From Candidatus Saccharimonadota bacterium (GTDB taxonomy: Bacteria > Patescibacteriota > Saccharimonadia > Saccharimonadales > UBA10212), in NCBI GenBank assembly GCA_013815775.1, contig JACDFN010000001.1, positions 45,883 through 109,882 on the forward strand: 64,000 nucleotides of DNA. Reading direction: 5' to 3'. Every line of letters starts with the position of its first letter. Position 1 is the first letter of the stretch. The notes beneath the pieces are model-generated. The model was given only the letters and a program-made list of their open reading frames with translations. It made no database searches and was not told the origin of the DNA. Both the position numbers and the translations under genes were made by a program. Below, in pieces: positions 53,635 through 63,103 of the stretch.

Positions 53635-54444
53635 ATGGACAACCAAGAGCCTGAGCAAAAGCCAGAGATGGAGCAGCATTCAACTGCTGATTATGCTAGC
53701 TACAAATCGCCAGGAAAAAATAAACGCAAAAGGACAACCTTTAGCTTTAATTGGCGCAAGCCGCTTAAGTATCTGCTCATCCTTCTGTCGGTCGCGGCAA
53801 TAGCAGCAGCGGTCTATTGGTTTACTACAAAACCAAAACTACCCTTGGACAGTAATAACAAGAAAGCACAGTCAGCTCAGAATACTTCAAGCGAATCAAG
53901 TAAAATTGAGACCACGACCAGTCATTATTCTTCCACTGAACTTAAACTTGAATTCGATTACCCAGCCGACTGGAAAGTTACCGATACTCCCGGTAGTGGT
54001 CGGCTGAGTGTGGCCTCACCCGAAATACAGCTTACTGACCAGGATGGTAAAAAAGTAACCGGCCAAATTACCATGGCGATCCGCAGCAAGGGCCAGCCCT
54101 TACCGGAGTTTGATAAAGGTAACGCCGTAGCTGCCCGTAGCTCGGAGAAAATTAGCTATACAAAACCCTCACAAAATCAGCGCGCCACGACATACATCAG
54201 CTTTTTACGATATGCCAGCTCCCCCCAAGCCCAAGGAGATTTTGACGGTATCTATATTACCGGCGACACCGGCTACCAAAAAGACCAGGCTATACCAAAG
54301 GCTGACTTTACACCCATAGATCCGGGGGTAAGCGTTACATTTACTAGTGAAGGTGCTCAACTGACGGTGTCGGATAACATCTGGGACGACCCCAGCTTCT
54401 CCAAGCCCATAAAGGATATGCTGCAATCCCTTGTCATAAACTAA
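53635..54444 (+). CDS. Hypothetical membrane-anchored protein
   Basis: One TM helix (YLLILLSVAAIAAAVYWF) and a soluble C-terminal domain. No family was recognised. Confidence 0.5.
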   Translation: MDNQEPEQKPEMEQHSTADYASYKSPGKNKRKRTTFSFNWRKPLKYLLILLSVAAIAAAVYWFTTKPKLPLDSNNKKAQSAQNTSSESSKIETTTSHYSSTELKLEFDYPADWKVTDTPGSGRLSVASPEIQLTDQDGKKVTGQITMAIRSKGQPLPEFDKGNAVAARSSEKISYTKPSQNQRATTYISFLRYASSPQAQGDFDGIYITGDTGYQKDQAIPKADFTPIDPGVSVTFTSEGAQLTVSDNIWDDPSFSKPIKDMLQSLVIN

Positions 54445-54504
54445 TTATTGAGTGGCAATAAAACAGGGGAGACCGTATAGTTTAAGCATAAGTTTTACTA
54501 AAAT

Positions 54505-56331
54505 ATGAAAGACGAAGAAAAAAAGCAAGTCGGACAGATTACGGACTCAGCTGATAATCCGCTAGAAGCGCTGGTTAACAAGGAGTACGCCGAGGAGAAG
54601 GTCATGGAGCCTGACGACTTGGTAAAAAAAACAAAAAAAGACTCTCAATCTAGGGTGGATCGACTAAAAAAATGGTACGGCTCACACAAAAGAATCTCAA
54701 TCCCAGTCACTGTTTTACTGGTACTGCTTTTAGTTGCCGCTGTACCGTGGACACGCTATAAAGCCGCTGGGATGGTTTATGAAAAAGACTTTAACCTGCA
54801 GCTAAAGGACTCTACTGCCGGTACTCCAGTTAGCGAAGCCAGAGTATCCATTGGTTCAGTATCCGGACTAACCGACGGCGATGGTAAAGTGGTCTTACGC
54901 AGGGTTAGCGTTGGTGAACACAAGGCGACTATTACTAAAAAGTATTACCGCAATACTCAGGTGAACGTGCTGGTGCCTATTCTTGGCCAAAAATCGATAC
55001 CAAATATTTCATTGGTAGCCACTGGCCGACAAGCTAAGGTGCTAGTCTCTAACATTATTAGCAAGAATAATTTAAGCGACGTAGAAATTAAAGTTGCCGA
55101 TACGGTGGCCAAAACCGATAAAGATGGCAGTGCTACCATCGTCCTGCCGGTTGGGACTTCGTCTAAAGAAGCTACCTTAAACCTTAAGGGCTATAACGAG
55201 GTTAAAGTGACTATTGAGGCTGCCAACAGTGGCGTAAAAGAAAATAAATTTAATATGAGCCCGGCGGGAACAATTTATTTCCTAAGTAAAAAAAGCGGCA
55301 AAATTGACGTAATAAAAACTAACCTAGACGGCACGGATAGAAAAACCGTTCTCCCTGGTACCGGAAAAGAGGAAGACCGAAACACTATTTTGCTGGCCAG
55401 CCGGGACTGGAAGTATCTGGCTTTACTGTCACGCCGTGACTCATCCAAGCCGAAACTTTATTTAATAGAGACTGAAAACGATAAATTGACTTCAGTAGAC
55501 GAGGGCACCGCTTCGTTTACTTTAGTGGGCTGGAACGAGGAAAACTTCGTATATTTAGTAGACCGTGAGTCAACTGCCTACTGGCAGCCTAAAAAACACG
55601 CCCTTAAAAGCTATGATGCATCTAAAAAGCAGCTGATAACACTTGATGAAAGCCGCGGGGAAGGCCAAAGCAACGGCGATGCTACCTACGAAAGCATGAC
55701 TGATATCTACTCGATAGGCAGCAGCATTGTTTACTTCAAGGGCTGGTTTTCTTACGACTACTCTAATCCTACACGCTACCAAGGCAAGCAAGACGGGGTG
55801 TACCAAATTAACGCTGATGGTACTGGCCGCAAAACTATTAGGACTTTCAACCATGACATAAATAGCGCCTTATATGTTGATTCGTATCTTTATAAACCGT
55901 CGGAGATTTATTATTCGATTATTGATGGAAGTAACGTAACTAAATACTACGAGTACGAGTCCGGCAAATTGGTGGATAAGGCAGATTTGGCAGATGACTT
56001 CAGAAAGTATACAGAGGAGGAACCCAGAACCTACCTTTTATCACCAAACGGCAATGAAACATTTTGGGGCGAACCACGTGATGGTAAAAGCGCTCTGTTC
56101 GTCAGTAGCAAAGATGGTGATGATAGCAAGGAAATTGCTGCCCTGAGCGATGAGCATAAGGTCTACGGTTGGTTTGGAGATGACTATCTGCTGATCTCAA
56201 AAAAATCGAGCGAAATTTATATATTGTCCAGAGCAGGCATTAAAAACGACGCTGACAGTTTAAAAATCACGGATTATCATAAACCAGCTTTGAACTTCTT
56301 TAGTTATGGCGGTGGCTACGGCGGCCTCTAG
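54505..56331 (+). CDS. Membrane-anchored protein with carboxypeptidase-regulatory-like Ig folds and TolB/PD40-like beta-propeller repeats
   Basis: TM helix; GDGKVVLRRVSVGEHKATITKKYY (CarboxypepD_reg-like); recurrent DG(T/S)xxKxx motifs (NLDGTDRKTV, NADGTGRKTI, SPNGNETFW, SKDGDDSKEI). Confidence 0.5.
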   Translation: MKDEEKKQVGQITDSADNPLEALVNKEYAEEKVMEPDDLVKKTKKDSQSRVDRLKKWYGSHKRISIPVTVLLVLLLVAAVPWTRYKAAGMVYEKDFNLQLKDSTAGTPVSEARVSIGSVSGLTDGDGKVVLRRVSVGEHKATITKKYYRNTQVNVLVPILGQKSIPNISLVATGRQAKVLVSNIISKNNLSDVEIKVADTVAKTDKDGSATIVLPVGTSSKEATLNLKGYNEVKVTIEAANSGVKENKFNMSPAGTIYFLSKKSGKIDVIKTNLDGTDRKTVLPGTGKEEDRNTILLASRDWKYLALLSRRDSSKPKLYLIETENDKLTSVDEGTASFTLVGWNEENFVYLVDRESTAYWQPKKHALKSYDASKKQLITLDESRGEGQSNGDATYESMTDIYSIGSSIVYFKGWFSYDYSNPTRYQGKQDGVYQINADGTGRKTIRTFNHDINSALYVDSYLYKPSEIYYSIIDGSNVTKYYEYESGKLVDKADLADDFRKYTEEEPRTYLLSPNGNETFWGEPRDGKSALFVSSKDGDDSKEIAALSDEHKVYGWFGDDYLLISKKSSEIYILSRAGIKNDADSLKITDYHKPALNFFSYGGGYGGL

Positions 56332-56372
56332 TTCTTTGCAAACCTCTAAATATTAAGGCAAAATAACTTCCC

Positions 56373-56945
56373 GTGAGTTATATAACATCTAGATTTGACG
56401 GTATGGTAGCCGGGCTTCTTGAAAAAGGAGCAGTCGGTTTCATACCCACAGACACTATCTACGGGCTCTCTGCAAAAGCATTGGACGAGCAAGCAGTAGT
56501 AAAGGTTCGATCGATAAAAGATCGCCATAAGAATAAGCCTTTGATTGTATTAATAGCTGACCCAAGCCAGTTATCAGAACTTGGAGGTGCGGAAAGTCAG
56601 GCTCGTTCTGCAACTAAGTATTGGCCAGGCCCTCTAACTGTCATTTTTACATCGAATGAATTTCCTGTCTGGCTAACCGGCGGAACGGATACTCTTGCTG
56701 TACGGATGCCTGGAAATGAAAAGCTCCGCCAATTAATTAAAAAAACCGGACCCCTTGTTAGTACAAGTGCTAATCCACAAGGAAAAAAACCTGCCGAATC
56801 AGTTAAACAGGCGAAAAAATATTTTGACAGTAAGCTTGACTTTTATGTTGATGTGGGCGAGTTATCAAATCGCCAACCTTCGACTATAGTGAAGTTAGTC
56901 GACGGAAGGTTACAAATAATCAGGCAAGGAGACGTAAAGATATGA
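56373..56945 (+). CDS. tsaC: L-threonylcarbamoyladenylate synthase (YrdC/TsaC family)
   Basis: [28 protein letters not shown] and VSTSANPQG. Confidence 0.8.
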   Translation: MSYITSRFDGMVAGLLEKGAVGFIPTDTIYGLSAKALDEQAVVKVRSIKDRHKNKPLIVLIADPSQLSELGGAESQARSATKYWPGPLTVIFTSNEFPVWLTGGTDTLAVRMPGNEKLRQLIKKTGPLVSTSANPQGKKPAESVKQAKKYFDSKLDFYVDVGELSNRQPSTIVKLVDGRLQIIRQGDVKI

Positions 56946-57265
56946 CCCTTAATGAATATCAAGAAAAAGCACTAGCAACTGCAATCGATGAAGGCTCGGA
57001 ACTAATGCAAAGAGTTTTGGGCTTAGTTGGAGAAAGTGGGGAAATAGCCGATAAAATAAAAAAGTGGTATCGGGACGATAAAGCTGACCCGCAAAAATTA
57101 GATAAAGCCGCCATCGCTGCTGAGCTAGGGGATACTTTGTGGTATGTAGCGGCTCTGGCAGACTACTTAGGGCATAGCTTAGATGATGTAGCCGCCTACA
57201 ATCTTAATAAATTATCGGATCGCCAAAAACGGAGTAAATTAGGAGGTAGTGGGGACTCCCGCTAG
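56942..57265 (+). CDS. MazG-like nucleotide pyrophosphohydrolase (small all-alpha NTP-PPase)
   Basis: [23 protein letters not shown] and [17 protein letters not shown] overlap with tsaC. Confidence 0.8.
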   Translation: MTLNEYQEKALATAIDEGSELMQRVLGLVGESGEIADKIKKWYRDDKADPQKLDKAAIAAELGDTLWYVAALADYLGHSLDDVAAYNLNKLSDRQKRSKLGGSGDSR

Positions 57266-57340
57266 CCCCTGCCCCACAATACATAAAAAGAACGTATGTG
57301 TGATTTATGTATAAATGAATTATTTAATTACGAGCTTATG

Positions 57341-57368
57341 AAAAATACTTCACATGTTAAGTATTTTT
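57341..57368. repeat. Palindrome copy 3: AAAAATACTTCACATGTTAAGTATTTTT (28 bp, one mismatched pair)
   Basis: Read directly. It overlaps the stop codon of the glycosylase gene, between convergent genes, and is flanked by A5 and T5 runs. Confidence 0.85.
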
Positions 57369-58004
57369 GATTGTACGAACCCCGGCATTGTTTAGACTTT
57401 TCCATAAGTACCAGGCGGCTATTGACTCATATGGCTGCCAGCCGTTTTTCTTTGACAATTCTTGTAGAGTTTGCGGATTGGGCAACTCGCCTAGGTCATA
57501 CAAATTCATGGCGGCCTTGCGTACACCTAAGTCGCCGACAGGCAGCACATTTAGCCGGCCTAGGGAAAAAATCATAAACATTTGAGCGCTCCATTCGCCT
57601 ATTCCTTTTACAGCCGTAAGCTGATTAATAATCTCGTCGTTTGGGAGCTTAGATATTAGATTCATATCCAACCGACCGTCTATGACGTGATGTGCCAAGT
57701 CTTTGACATAGCTAACCTTTGGACGGCTTAAGCCTGCGGATCTCAGAGTCTGCTCATCAACGTTTATAAGCTTTTGGGGAGTAGGCGGCTTACCTTTGCT
57801 AAGATCTAGCACCCTTCTCCAAATGGCAGCAGCCGCCCGGGTGCTTAACTGCTGACCAATAATACTGGTTACTAACTCGGAGTAATGGTCTTGGTGCGGC
57901 TTCAGGTGGCATGGGCCGTATTTTTTGATACAAATCGCCAATACTTTGTCACTATCTACAAGATGTTTCTGGGCTGCTTTTAAATCATTACTAAAACTCA
58001 TCAC
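57357..58004 (-). CDS. HhH-GPD DNA glycosylase (3-methyladenine DNA glycosylase II, AlkA-like)
   Basis: LTAVKGIGEWSAQMFMIF (helix-hairpin-helix with Gly-rich loop) and a downstream VGDLGVRK with the catalytic Asp. Confidence 0.8.
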   Translation of the reverse strand: MMSFSNDLKAAQKHLVDSDKVLAICIKKYGPCHLKPHQDHYSELVTSIIGQQLSTRAAAAIWRRVLDLSKGKPPTPQKLINVDEQTLRSAGLSRPKVSYVKDLAHHVIDGRLDMNLISKLPNDEIINQLTAVKGIGEWSAQMFMIFSLGRLNVLPVGDLGVRKAAMNLYDLGELPNPQTLQELSKKNGWQPYESIAAWYLWKSLNNAGVRTIKNT

Positions 58005-58092
58005 ATAAGTTTATATCAGACCTTCAATCTTCCAGCCTTAACACCTCTAATTGAGTTGCTTATGCTACAATATGAAGTAAGACTGGATATAC

Positions 58093-58734
58093 ATGAAAGC
58101 CTCAACCTCTCGTACTCCGCGCTACTTAATAGTCGCAGTTTTGGCTGTGCCCATCTTAGGTTTTGGCATGAAAGTGGGAGCGCAGTCCACCGTCTCTGAT
58201 GAATTACTGGAGTCACCACAGACCACTATGGCCGAACGCTTAACCCAGCGACAAACTAGCTTCAATCCCCAGATTAGTTTTGCGGCCAGAAGTAAAATAG
58301 TTGATAACTGTGTGGCGGCCCAGGCCACTTTAAACAACTGGAAAGTTAAAGATGAGTTGTCTATTGAGAAAAGATCAAAAATTTATTCAAGCTTAGAAGC
58401 AAATCTGAAAGACATTACTGAAAAACTAAACAAGCAAGCTCTAAACAGCGACGAACTAAAAGAAGTCGGGCAGAAGTTTACCAAGTCTATAAAAGACTAT
58501 CGATCCAAAGCTCAAATATATAAGCTAGCATTGGAAGACCTATTAACAATAAGCTGTAAAAGCGACACTACTGGCTTTCAAGCAACTTTACTTGATGCCA
58601 GGCAGCTTCGAGCTCAATTGGCTAGTAAAGCTACCGAAATTAAAGTTCTCTTGCCGGAATTAGCGGAAGCCTTGAGCGCTATCAAGTTGAAGCTTGTTAG
58701 TGCCACTGCTCCTACTGGTCAGGGAGCTCACTAA
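58093..58734 (+). CDS. Secreted coiled-coil hypothetical protein
   Basis: Signal peptide (LIVAVLAVPILGFGMKVGA) and a heptad-like helical sequence. Confidence 0.45.
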   Translation: MKASTSRTPRYLIVAVLAVPILGFGMKVGAQSTVSDELLESPQTTMAERLTQRQTSFNPQISFAARSKIVDNCVAAQATLNNWKVKDELSIEKRSKIYSSLEANLKDITEKLNKQALNSDELKEVGQKFTKSIKDYRSKAQIYKLALEDLLTISCKSDTTGFQATLLDARQLRAQLASKATEIKVLLPELAEALSAIKLKLVSATAPTGQGAH

Positions 58735-59291
58735 TGGACCGCCCATATATAGGTGCTAGACAAACTTCGACCACGGACGGTCAATTACCACCTATTTCTA
58801 CCCCCTTGCAGCCACCAAAACCGGAAATGATGCAGCCTATTCCCGTAAAAATCCAAGACGTAAGTAGCGGGGTGAATCCAAACAACCCTCCCCGTAGGGC
58901 TATAGACGGTATAAGTGCTGGTTCCGACAAGGAGCTTGAACAAGTCTTAAAAGACACCAGCCATAATATTAAAAACCCTGCGAGAGTCCCGGACAAGCAA
59001 TTTAACCCAATGTTAAAAGCTAAACCGAAGAAAGACTGGCAGATAGCCCACTTCCTGCCAGCAATCATCGCTGTTTTAGTGGCCGGAACACTGGCCTACG
59101 CCGCGGTATACTCCTATAAACAGTCTGATTTACCGAAAGTACAAGACTTTACCAACCAAACGGGCAGCGCCTCGTTAACTCCACAGACTTTGGAAGATTT
59201 TTATCAGTCTGCAAGTTCTCAGCTCAATAGCTTGAATGACAACCAGGACTTTAACCCAACTGATTTAAGTGATGAAAAACTCGGCCTATGA
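58734..59291 (+). CDS. Hypothetical single-pass membrane protein
   Basis: Pro-rich N-terminus and TM helix HFLPAIIAVLVAGTLAYAAVY. ATG overlaps the upstream stop. Confidence 0.45.
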   Translation: MDRPYIGARQTSTTDGQLPPISTPLQPPKPEMMQPIPVKIQDVSSGVNPNNPPRRAIDGISAGSDKELEQVLKDTSHNIKNPARVPDKQFNPMLKAKPKKDWQIAHFLPAIIAVLVAGTLAYAAVYSYKQSDLPKVQDFTNQTGSASLTPQTLEDFYQSASSQLNSLNDNQDFNPTDLSDEKLGL

Positions 59292-59923
59292 GAATTACTA
59301 AGTTTGTGCACTCCTGCCTATTGATTGAAACAGCCACTAAAACAGTTTTGATTGATCCGGGAAAGTATAGCTGGGATAGTCATCTGCTAACCATTGGTAA
59401 AATTGAGCGCTTAGACTACATTGTAATTACTCACGAACATTCCGATCATTACCATCTGCCGTTTCTACAAGCTTTAATAAATCATTTCCCCCACTCAACC
59501 ATCGTGACTAATAGTGACTTAGCTAAGAAAATTAGCAGTGAAGAAGTAAGGAATAAAATTATAAGTGGCAGTGAAGCCGGCATGCAAGTTTTTGAAGCTG
59601 ACCATGAACCCTTACCAATGGGTATCCGGGTGCCTCTAAACATGGGCGTCCATATTGATGAGCAGTTTACGCATCCGGGAGACGCTGTCCACCTTTCGCA
59701 CACACGTAATATACTCGCACTGCCGGTTTCTGCTCCGTGGATTAGCCTTAAGCAATCGCTTGAAGCAGTTCTTGTGCTAAAGCCGTCAAAGGTTATCCCG
59801 ATTCATGATTGGCACTGGCATAAGCAGGCCCGCGAAGAGCAGTACGCTCTGGCTGAGCAATGGCTGCTGCCACACGGGATTAAATTTGTTGCACTCCAAA
59901 ATGCTGTACCCGTAGAGCTCTAA
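59288..59923 (+). CDS. MBL-fold metallo-hydrolase
   Basis: ITHEHSDHY (HxHxDH) with downstream His/Asp residues. Confidence 0.7.
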   Translation: MRITKFVHSCLLIETATKTVLIDPGKYSWDSHLLTIGKIERLDYIVITHEHSDHYHLPFLQALINHFPHSTIVTNSDLAKKISSEEVRNKIISGSEAGMQVFEADHEPLPMGIRVPLNMGVHIDEQFTHPGDAVHLSHTRNILALPVSAPWISLKQSLEAVLVLKPSKVIPIHDWHWHKQAREEQYALAEQWLLPHGIKFVALQNAVPVEL

Positions 59924-61263
59924 ACCCTTACAAATTCGTTTCTTAGCCATTCATCCAAACTTCCACCACCGCCCCCGCTCATTGCCACCACTAAATCTCC
60001 ACCATCAAGATGCCCTTTAATTGTCTGGACCAGATCTTCGTCCAACTCCATGGGCTTGGCAACCTCCTGGAGCTCGGGACTCAGGTTCTTTATAAGTTCA
60101 GCAGGCTTTAGCACCGGTTGGTGCGGGTCCTCGCGTGACAAGTAGCTGGGGACCCAATATATAGCCGAAGCCCCTTCAAAAACATCCTTATGATCGTTTG
60201 CTGTGTAGTGCATGCGGCGGTTGGTTAGCGGTTCATAAATAATTACTATCTTTTGTGCGGTTTTAGCGGATATCTCCCCGGCTACACTCATACAACCCAG
60301 AATTTTTTCCGGTGTGTGGGCATAGTCGCTGTATAGATTATCGGCTATCTTCTCAAAACGCCTTGACAACCCCGGGAAGCGATTCAAAATTTTAATAAGT
60401 TTTTCTTCCGGTTCATTAGTCAGGTAGCCCAGGGCCTTAACTACCAAAAACGCATCACGGCGATTGAACAACCCTATTAACTTGAGCATTTCGATTCCTG
60501 GATCACTATAGGACTCTACGGCTAGCCTCTTGTCGTTAAACGAAAGACCAAGCTTCTCAGCATCTTGATCCCACAGCACAGTTCGCTCGCTTTGCTCTAT
60601 AAAATCCCCAAACGCTTCGTTGTAATCACCCTGGGTGGGGTAAATTTCATGGTGGTCATAGGCAATACCAACTATTATCGACAGATAGGGGTGGAAAGAT
60701 AAGAAATTACGGTCAAATTCATCGGCTTCATAAACAAAGTATTGACTGTCTGGTTCAAAATGTCCCATTTCACCGAAATTTATTTTAGCTCCCACTGAGT
60801 AGCTAAGCTTAATTCCTAGTTCCTTAAAGGCCCAGATAGTCATGGCGGTAGTAGTAGTTTTACCGTGAGTGCCAGAGATTGCTATAAGCTTAAGCTTTTT
60901 CTGCGATAAAATCTCATTCAACAAATCGTCCCTCTTGGAGGAACGTATATTACATTGCTTTGCGAATAAAAGTTCTGGATGGTTTGGGTTTGTTCTTGGG
61001 AGCGCAGAACTATAGACAAACCAATCTACAGGCTTAGCTTTATGCACCCTAGATATTGCTTCTTTAGTCTGCCCGATGTGAATATCATTGATTCCGTGAG
61101 CTTTCAAATAATCAATATACTGGCTGTTATGAATATCTGAACCACTAACTACATAGCCCGCTTGTTTAGCGATAAGAGCCAGCGGACCGATGCCCGTACC
61201 GCCGATACCGGAAAAATAAATATGCATACTGATAAGTTTAGGATTAAACGGTAGATGTGGCAA
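59920..61263 (-). CDS. murC: Mur ligase, UDP-N-acetylmuramate-L-alanine ligase-like
   Basis: IYFSGIGGTGIGPLALIAKQAGYVVSGSD (the MurC-type N-terminus) and ISGTHGKTTTTAM (P-loop). Confidence 0.75.
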   Translation of the reverse strand: MPHLPFNPKLISMHIYFSGIGGTGIGPLALIAKQAGYVVSGSDIHNSQYIDYLKAHGINDIHIGQTKEAISRVHKAKPVDWFVYSSALPRTNPNHPELLFAKQCNIRSSKRDDLLNEILSQKKLKLIAISGTHGKTTTTAMTIWAFKELGIKLSYSVGAKINFGEMGHFEPDSQYFVYEADEFDRNFLSFHPYLSIIVGIAYDHHEIYPTQGDYNEAFGDFIEQSERTVLWDQDAEKLGLSFNDKRLAVESYSDPGIEMLKLIGLFNRRDAFLVVKALGYLTNEPEEKLIKILNRFPGLSRRFEKIADNLYSDYAHTPEKILGCMSVAGEISAKTAQKIVIIYEPLTNRRMHYTANDHKDVFEGASAIYWVPSYLSREDPHQPVLKPAELIKNLSPELQEVAKPMELDEDLVQTIKGHLDGGDLVVAMSGGGGGSLDEWLRNEFVRV

Positions 61264-61940
61264 TTCAAGAAATCGTAAGTGTTTTGACGCAGGGGCTAAA
61301 CCGTGTAAACATAAGGGTAGTTATGAGTAGTTCTAGAGCTAAAACACTTAACAAGTTAAGTAATTTCAGCAATATCCCTCTCTGGGTACTAACAATAATT
61401 TTTATTGTTAGCGGTGTGTTCTCTGTTTACCAATTGCGACAGAATAATCAGGAGATGATAAAGTTACGCAACGCTGTATATGTGGCCGATGAAAAAGGCG
61501 GAAATATTGAACTTGCGCTAAGGAATCTACGGAGTTATGTATATTCACACATGAATACTAACCTATCTAGCGGGGGTAATGCCATTAAGCCGCCAATTCA
61601 GCTTAAGTACAGCTATGAGCGCTTGCAGGCTGGGGAAGCTGCGCGAGTGCAAACCGTTAATGAGCAGGTTTATACCGATGCCCAATCCTATTGCGAACGC
61701 CAAAATGCAGCTGACTTCTCCGGTCGCAATCGAATACCGTGCATTGAGAGCTATGTTACTACTCACGGGGCTAGACCTAACCCTGTTTCGACCTCGCTTT
61801 ATCAATATGACTTTATAAGTCCAAGCTGGTCTCCGGATCTGGCTGGATGGAGCCTAGTATTTACGGGGGCAATCGGGCTAATGCTTGTAGCCAGCCTAGT
61901 ATCAAATAGGCTTATTCGGGCTAAACTTAGCCCCTTGTGA
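61257..61940 (+). CDS. Hypothetical two-TM membrane protein (the true start is probably the ATG at 61323)
   Basis: TM helices IPLWVLTIIFIVSGVFSVY and WSLVFTGAIGLMLVASLV. No family was recognised. Confidence 0.5.
   Translation: MAIQEIVSVLTQGLNRVNIRVVMSSSRAKTLNKLSNFSNIPLWVLTIIFIVSGVFSVYQLRQNNQEMIKLRNAVYVADEKGGNIELALRNLRSYVYSHMNTNLSSGGNAIKPPIQLKYSYERLQAGEAARVQTVNEQVYTDAQSYCERQNAADFSGRNRIPCIESYVTTHGARPNPVSTSLYQYDFISPSWSPDLAGWSLVFTGAIGLMLVASLVSNRLIRAKLSPL
61346..61361. repeat. Palindrome copy 5 core: ACTTAACAAGTTAAGT (one mismatch to the consensus)
   Basis: Read directly. It lies 83-98 nt from the murC start codon on the opposite strand, inside the first codons of the 61323 ORF. Confidence 0.75.
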
Positions 61941-61957
61941 GGTAGTTCAGCTTTTGA

Positions 61958-62620
61958 TTAACGCCTAGTATTTGGTGTGGCGGGAGGAGTAGTTGGCTGG
62001 GTGGTGGTAGGCTGGGGGGTAGTCTCTTGGGTACTAGGTGTTTGTTGGTCACAGTTTGGACCCTTAGGATTTTGTTTCTCGAATGCCTTAATTGCTTCTA
62101 CAACTTTTCCATCGCCACGGAGATTCTCCCAGAACGCGACTTGAGAACGGTTAATAACCATTTCGTCTAGTGGGGAGTGTAGTTGCTGACAACCTAGCTT
62201 AGTAAGTTGCGGGGTGCTTTGATTATTTTCGCCCTTTTGGTCAGTAAGAAAGTAGACTTGGTTTAAAACGATGTATTTATCATTTATGGCATTAATCTTA
62301 CCGAAATATGTAGAGTAAGATACAGAGCCACTAGTTGCACCTCCGTTAAGAAAAACAGCCTGAAATTTAGAAGAGTCAATTCTTTTAGCTTCAGTGTTAA
62401 GTCCACCATTTAAACCTAAATAAAGAGAAGTAGCGGCCAGTAGTAGCGCACTTCCGACTATAACTATGAACAATTCGAGGCGAATTGTTCGGCCTGCCCA
62501 GTCTATGTGTTTTCGTCTGCGCGGCGGTTGATGCGCGGACTGGTGTGCCGAAGGGGCAGTTGTTTGATGTGAATTAGGCGGCATATTTACTCCTCTATTG
62601 TTACGGGGTATGAAATCCAT
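61958..62620 (-). CDS. Hypothetical membrane-anchored protein with a Pro/Thr-rich C-terminus
   Basis: TM helix (LELFIVIVGSALLLAATSLYLGL), a globular region, then TPQPTTTQPTTPPATP. Confidence 0.5.
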   Translation of the reverse strand: MDFIPRNNRGVNMPPNSHQTTAPSAHQSAHQPPRRRKHIDWAGRTIRLELFIVIVGSALLLAATSLYLGLNGGLNTEAKRIDSSKFQAVFLNGGATSGSVSYSTYFGKINAINDKYIVLNQVYFLTDQKGENNQSTPQLTKLGCQQLHSPLDEMVINRSQVAFWENLRGDGKVVEAIKAFEKQNPKGPNCDQQTPSTQETTPQPTTTQPTTPPATPNTRR

Positions 62621-62725
62621 TTTTTTTGTCTTCCACTTTAAATTACCATCTTATATTAACGCATATGCTTTTAGTGACGCAACCCCATAACGGGTCGTGA
62701 CAGTAGCACCTCAGTAAAAAAGTTG

Positions 62726-62755
62726 TTGACAAGAGAAAACTGTCCAAGGTATTTT
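62726..62755 (+). promoter_or_regulatory. Sigma70-like promoter candidate
   Basis: TTGACA (62726-62731), an 18-nt spacer, TATTTT (62750-62755). It lies upstream of a GGAGGAGAGGG Shine-Dalgarno sequence and the ATG at 62791. Confidence 0.35.
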
Positions 62756-62790
62756 AGGGGTACATCACTAATCTAGAGGAGAGGGAATAA

Positions 62791-62994
62791 ATGGCTTACA
62801 AGCATACTAATAGTAAGGGTGTTACATATCACTTAAACTCAAAGGCAGTTACGCTCCGTGGCGGAAAGTCACAGACAATTTACTACTTCAGCAAAGATCT
62901 AAGAGACGACACGGCAACAGACTTGCCAGACGACCGTAAGGTAGAAGAGAATCCACGAAATGGTTTCTTGACTCTAAAACGCAAAGACAAATAA
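62791..62994 (+). CDS. Small basic hypothetical protein (67 aa)
   Basis: Strong Shine-Dalgarno sequence, a promoter candidate upstream and a terminator hairpin downstream. Confidence 0.5.
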   Translation: MAYKHTNSKGVTYHLNSKAVTLRGGKSQTIYYFSKDLRDDTATDLPDDRKVEENPRNGFLTLKRKDK

Positions 62995-63017
62995 AGCTCC
63001 AAGACACAACGCGCTAG

Positions 63018-63053
63018 AAATACCCGGTAAGGTTAATACCTCGCCGGGTATTT
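63018..63053 (+). terminator. Stem-loop terminator candidate
   Basis: AAATACCCGG-(16-nt loop)-CCGGGTATTT followed by GTT. Confidence 0.5.
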
Positions 63054-63103
63054 GTTAATTTACGCTTTCGAAAGGTCGCACTCACATCTATACTTTATAG
63101 GTA

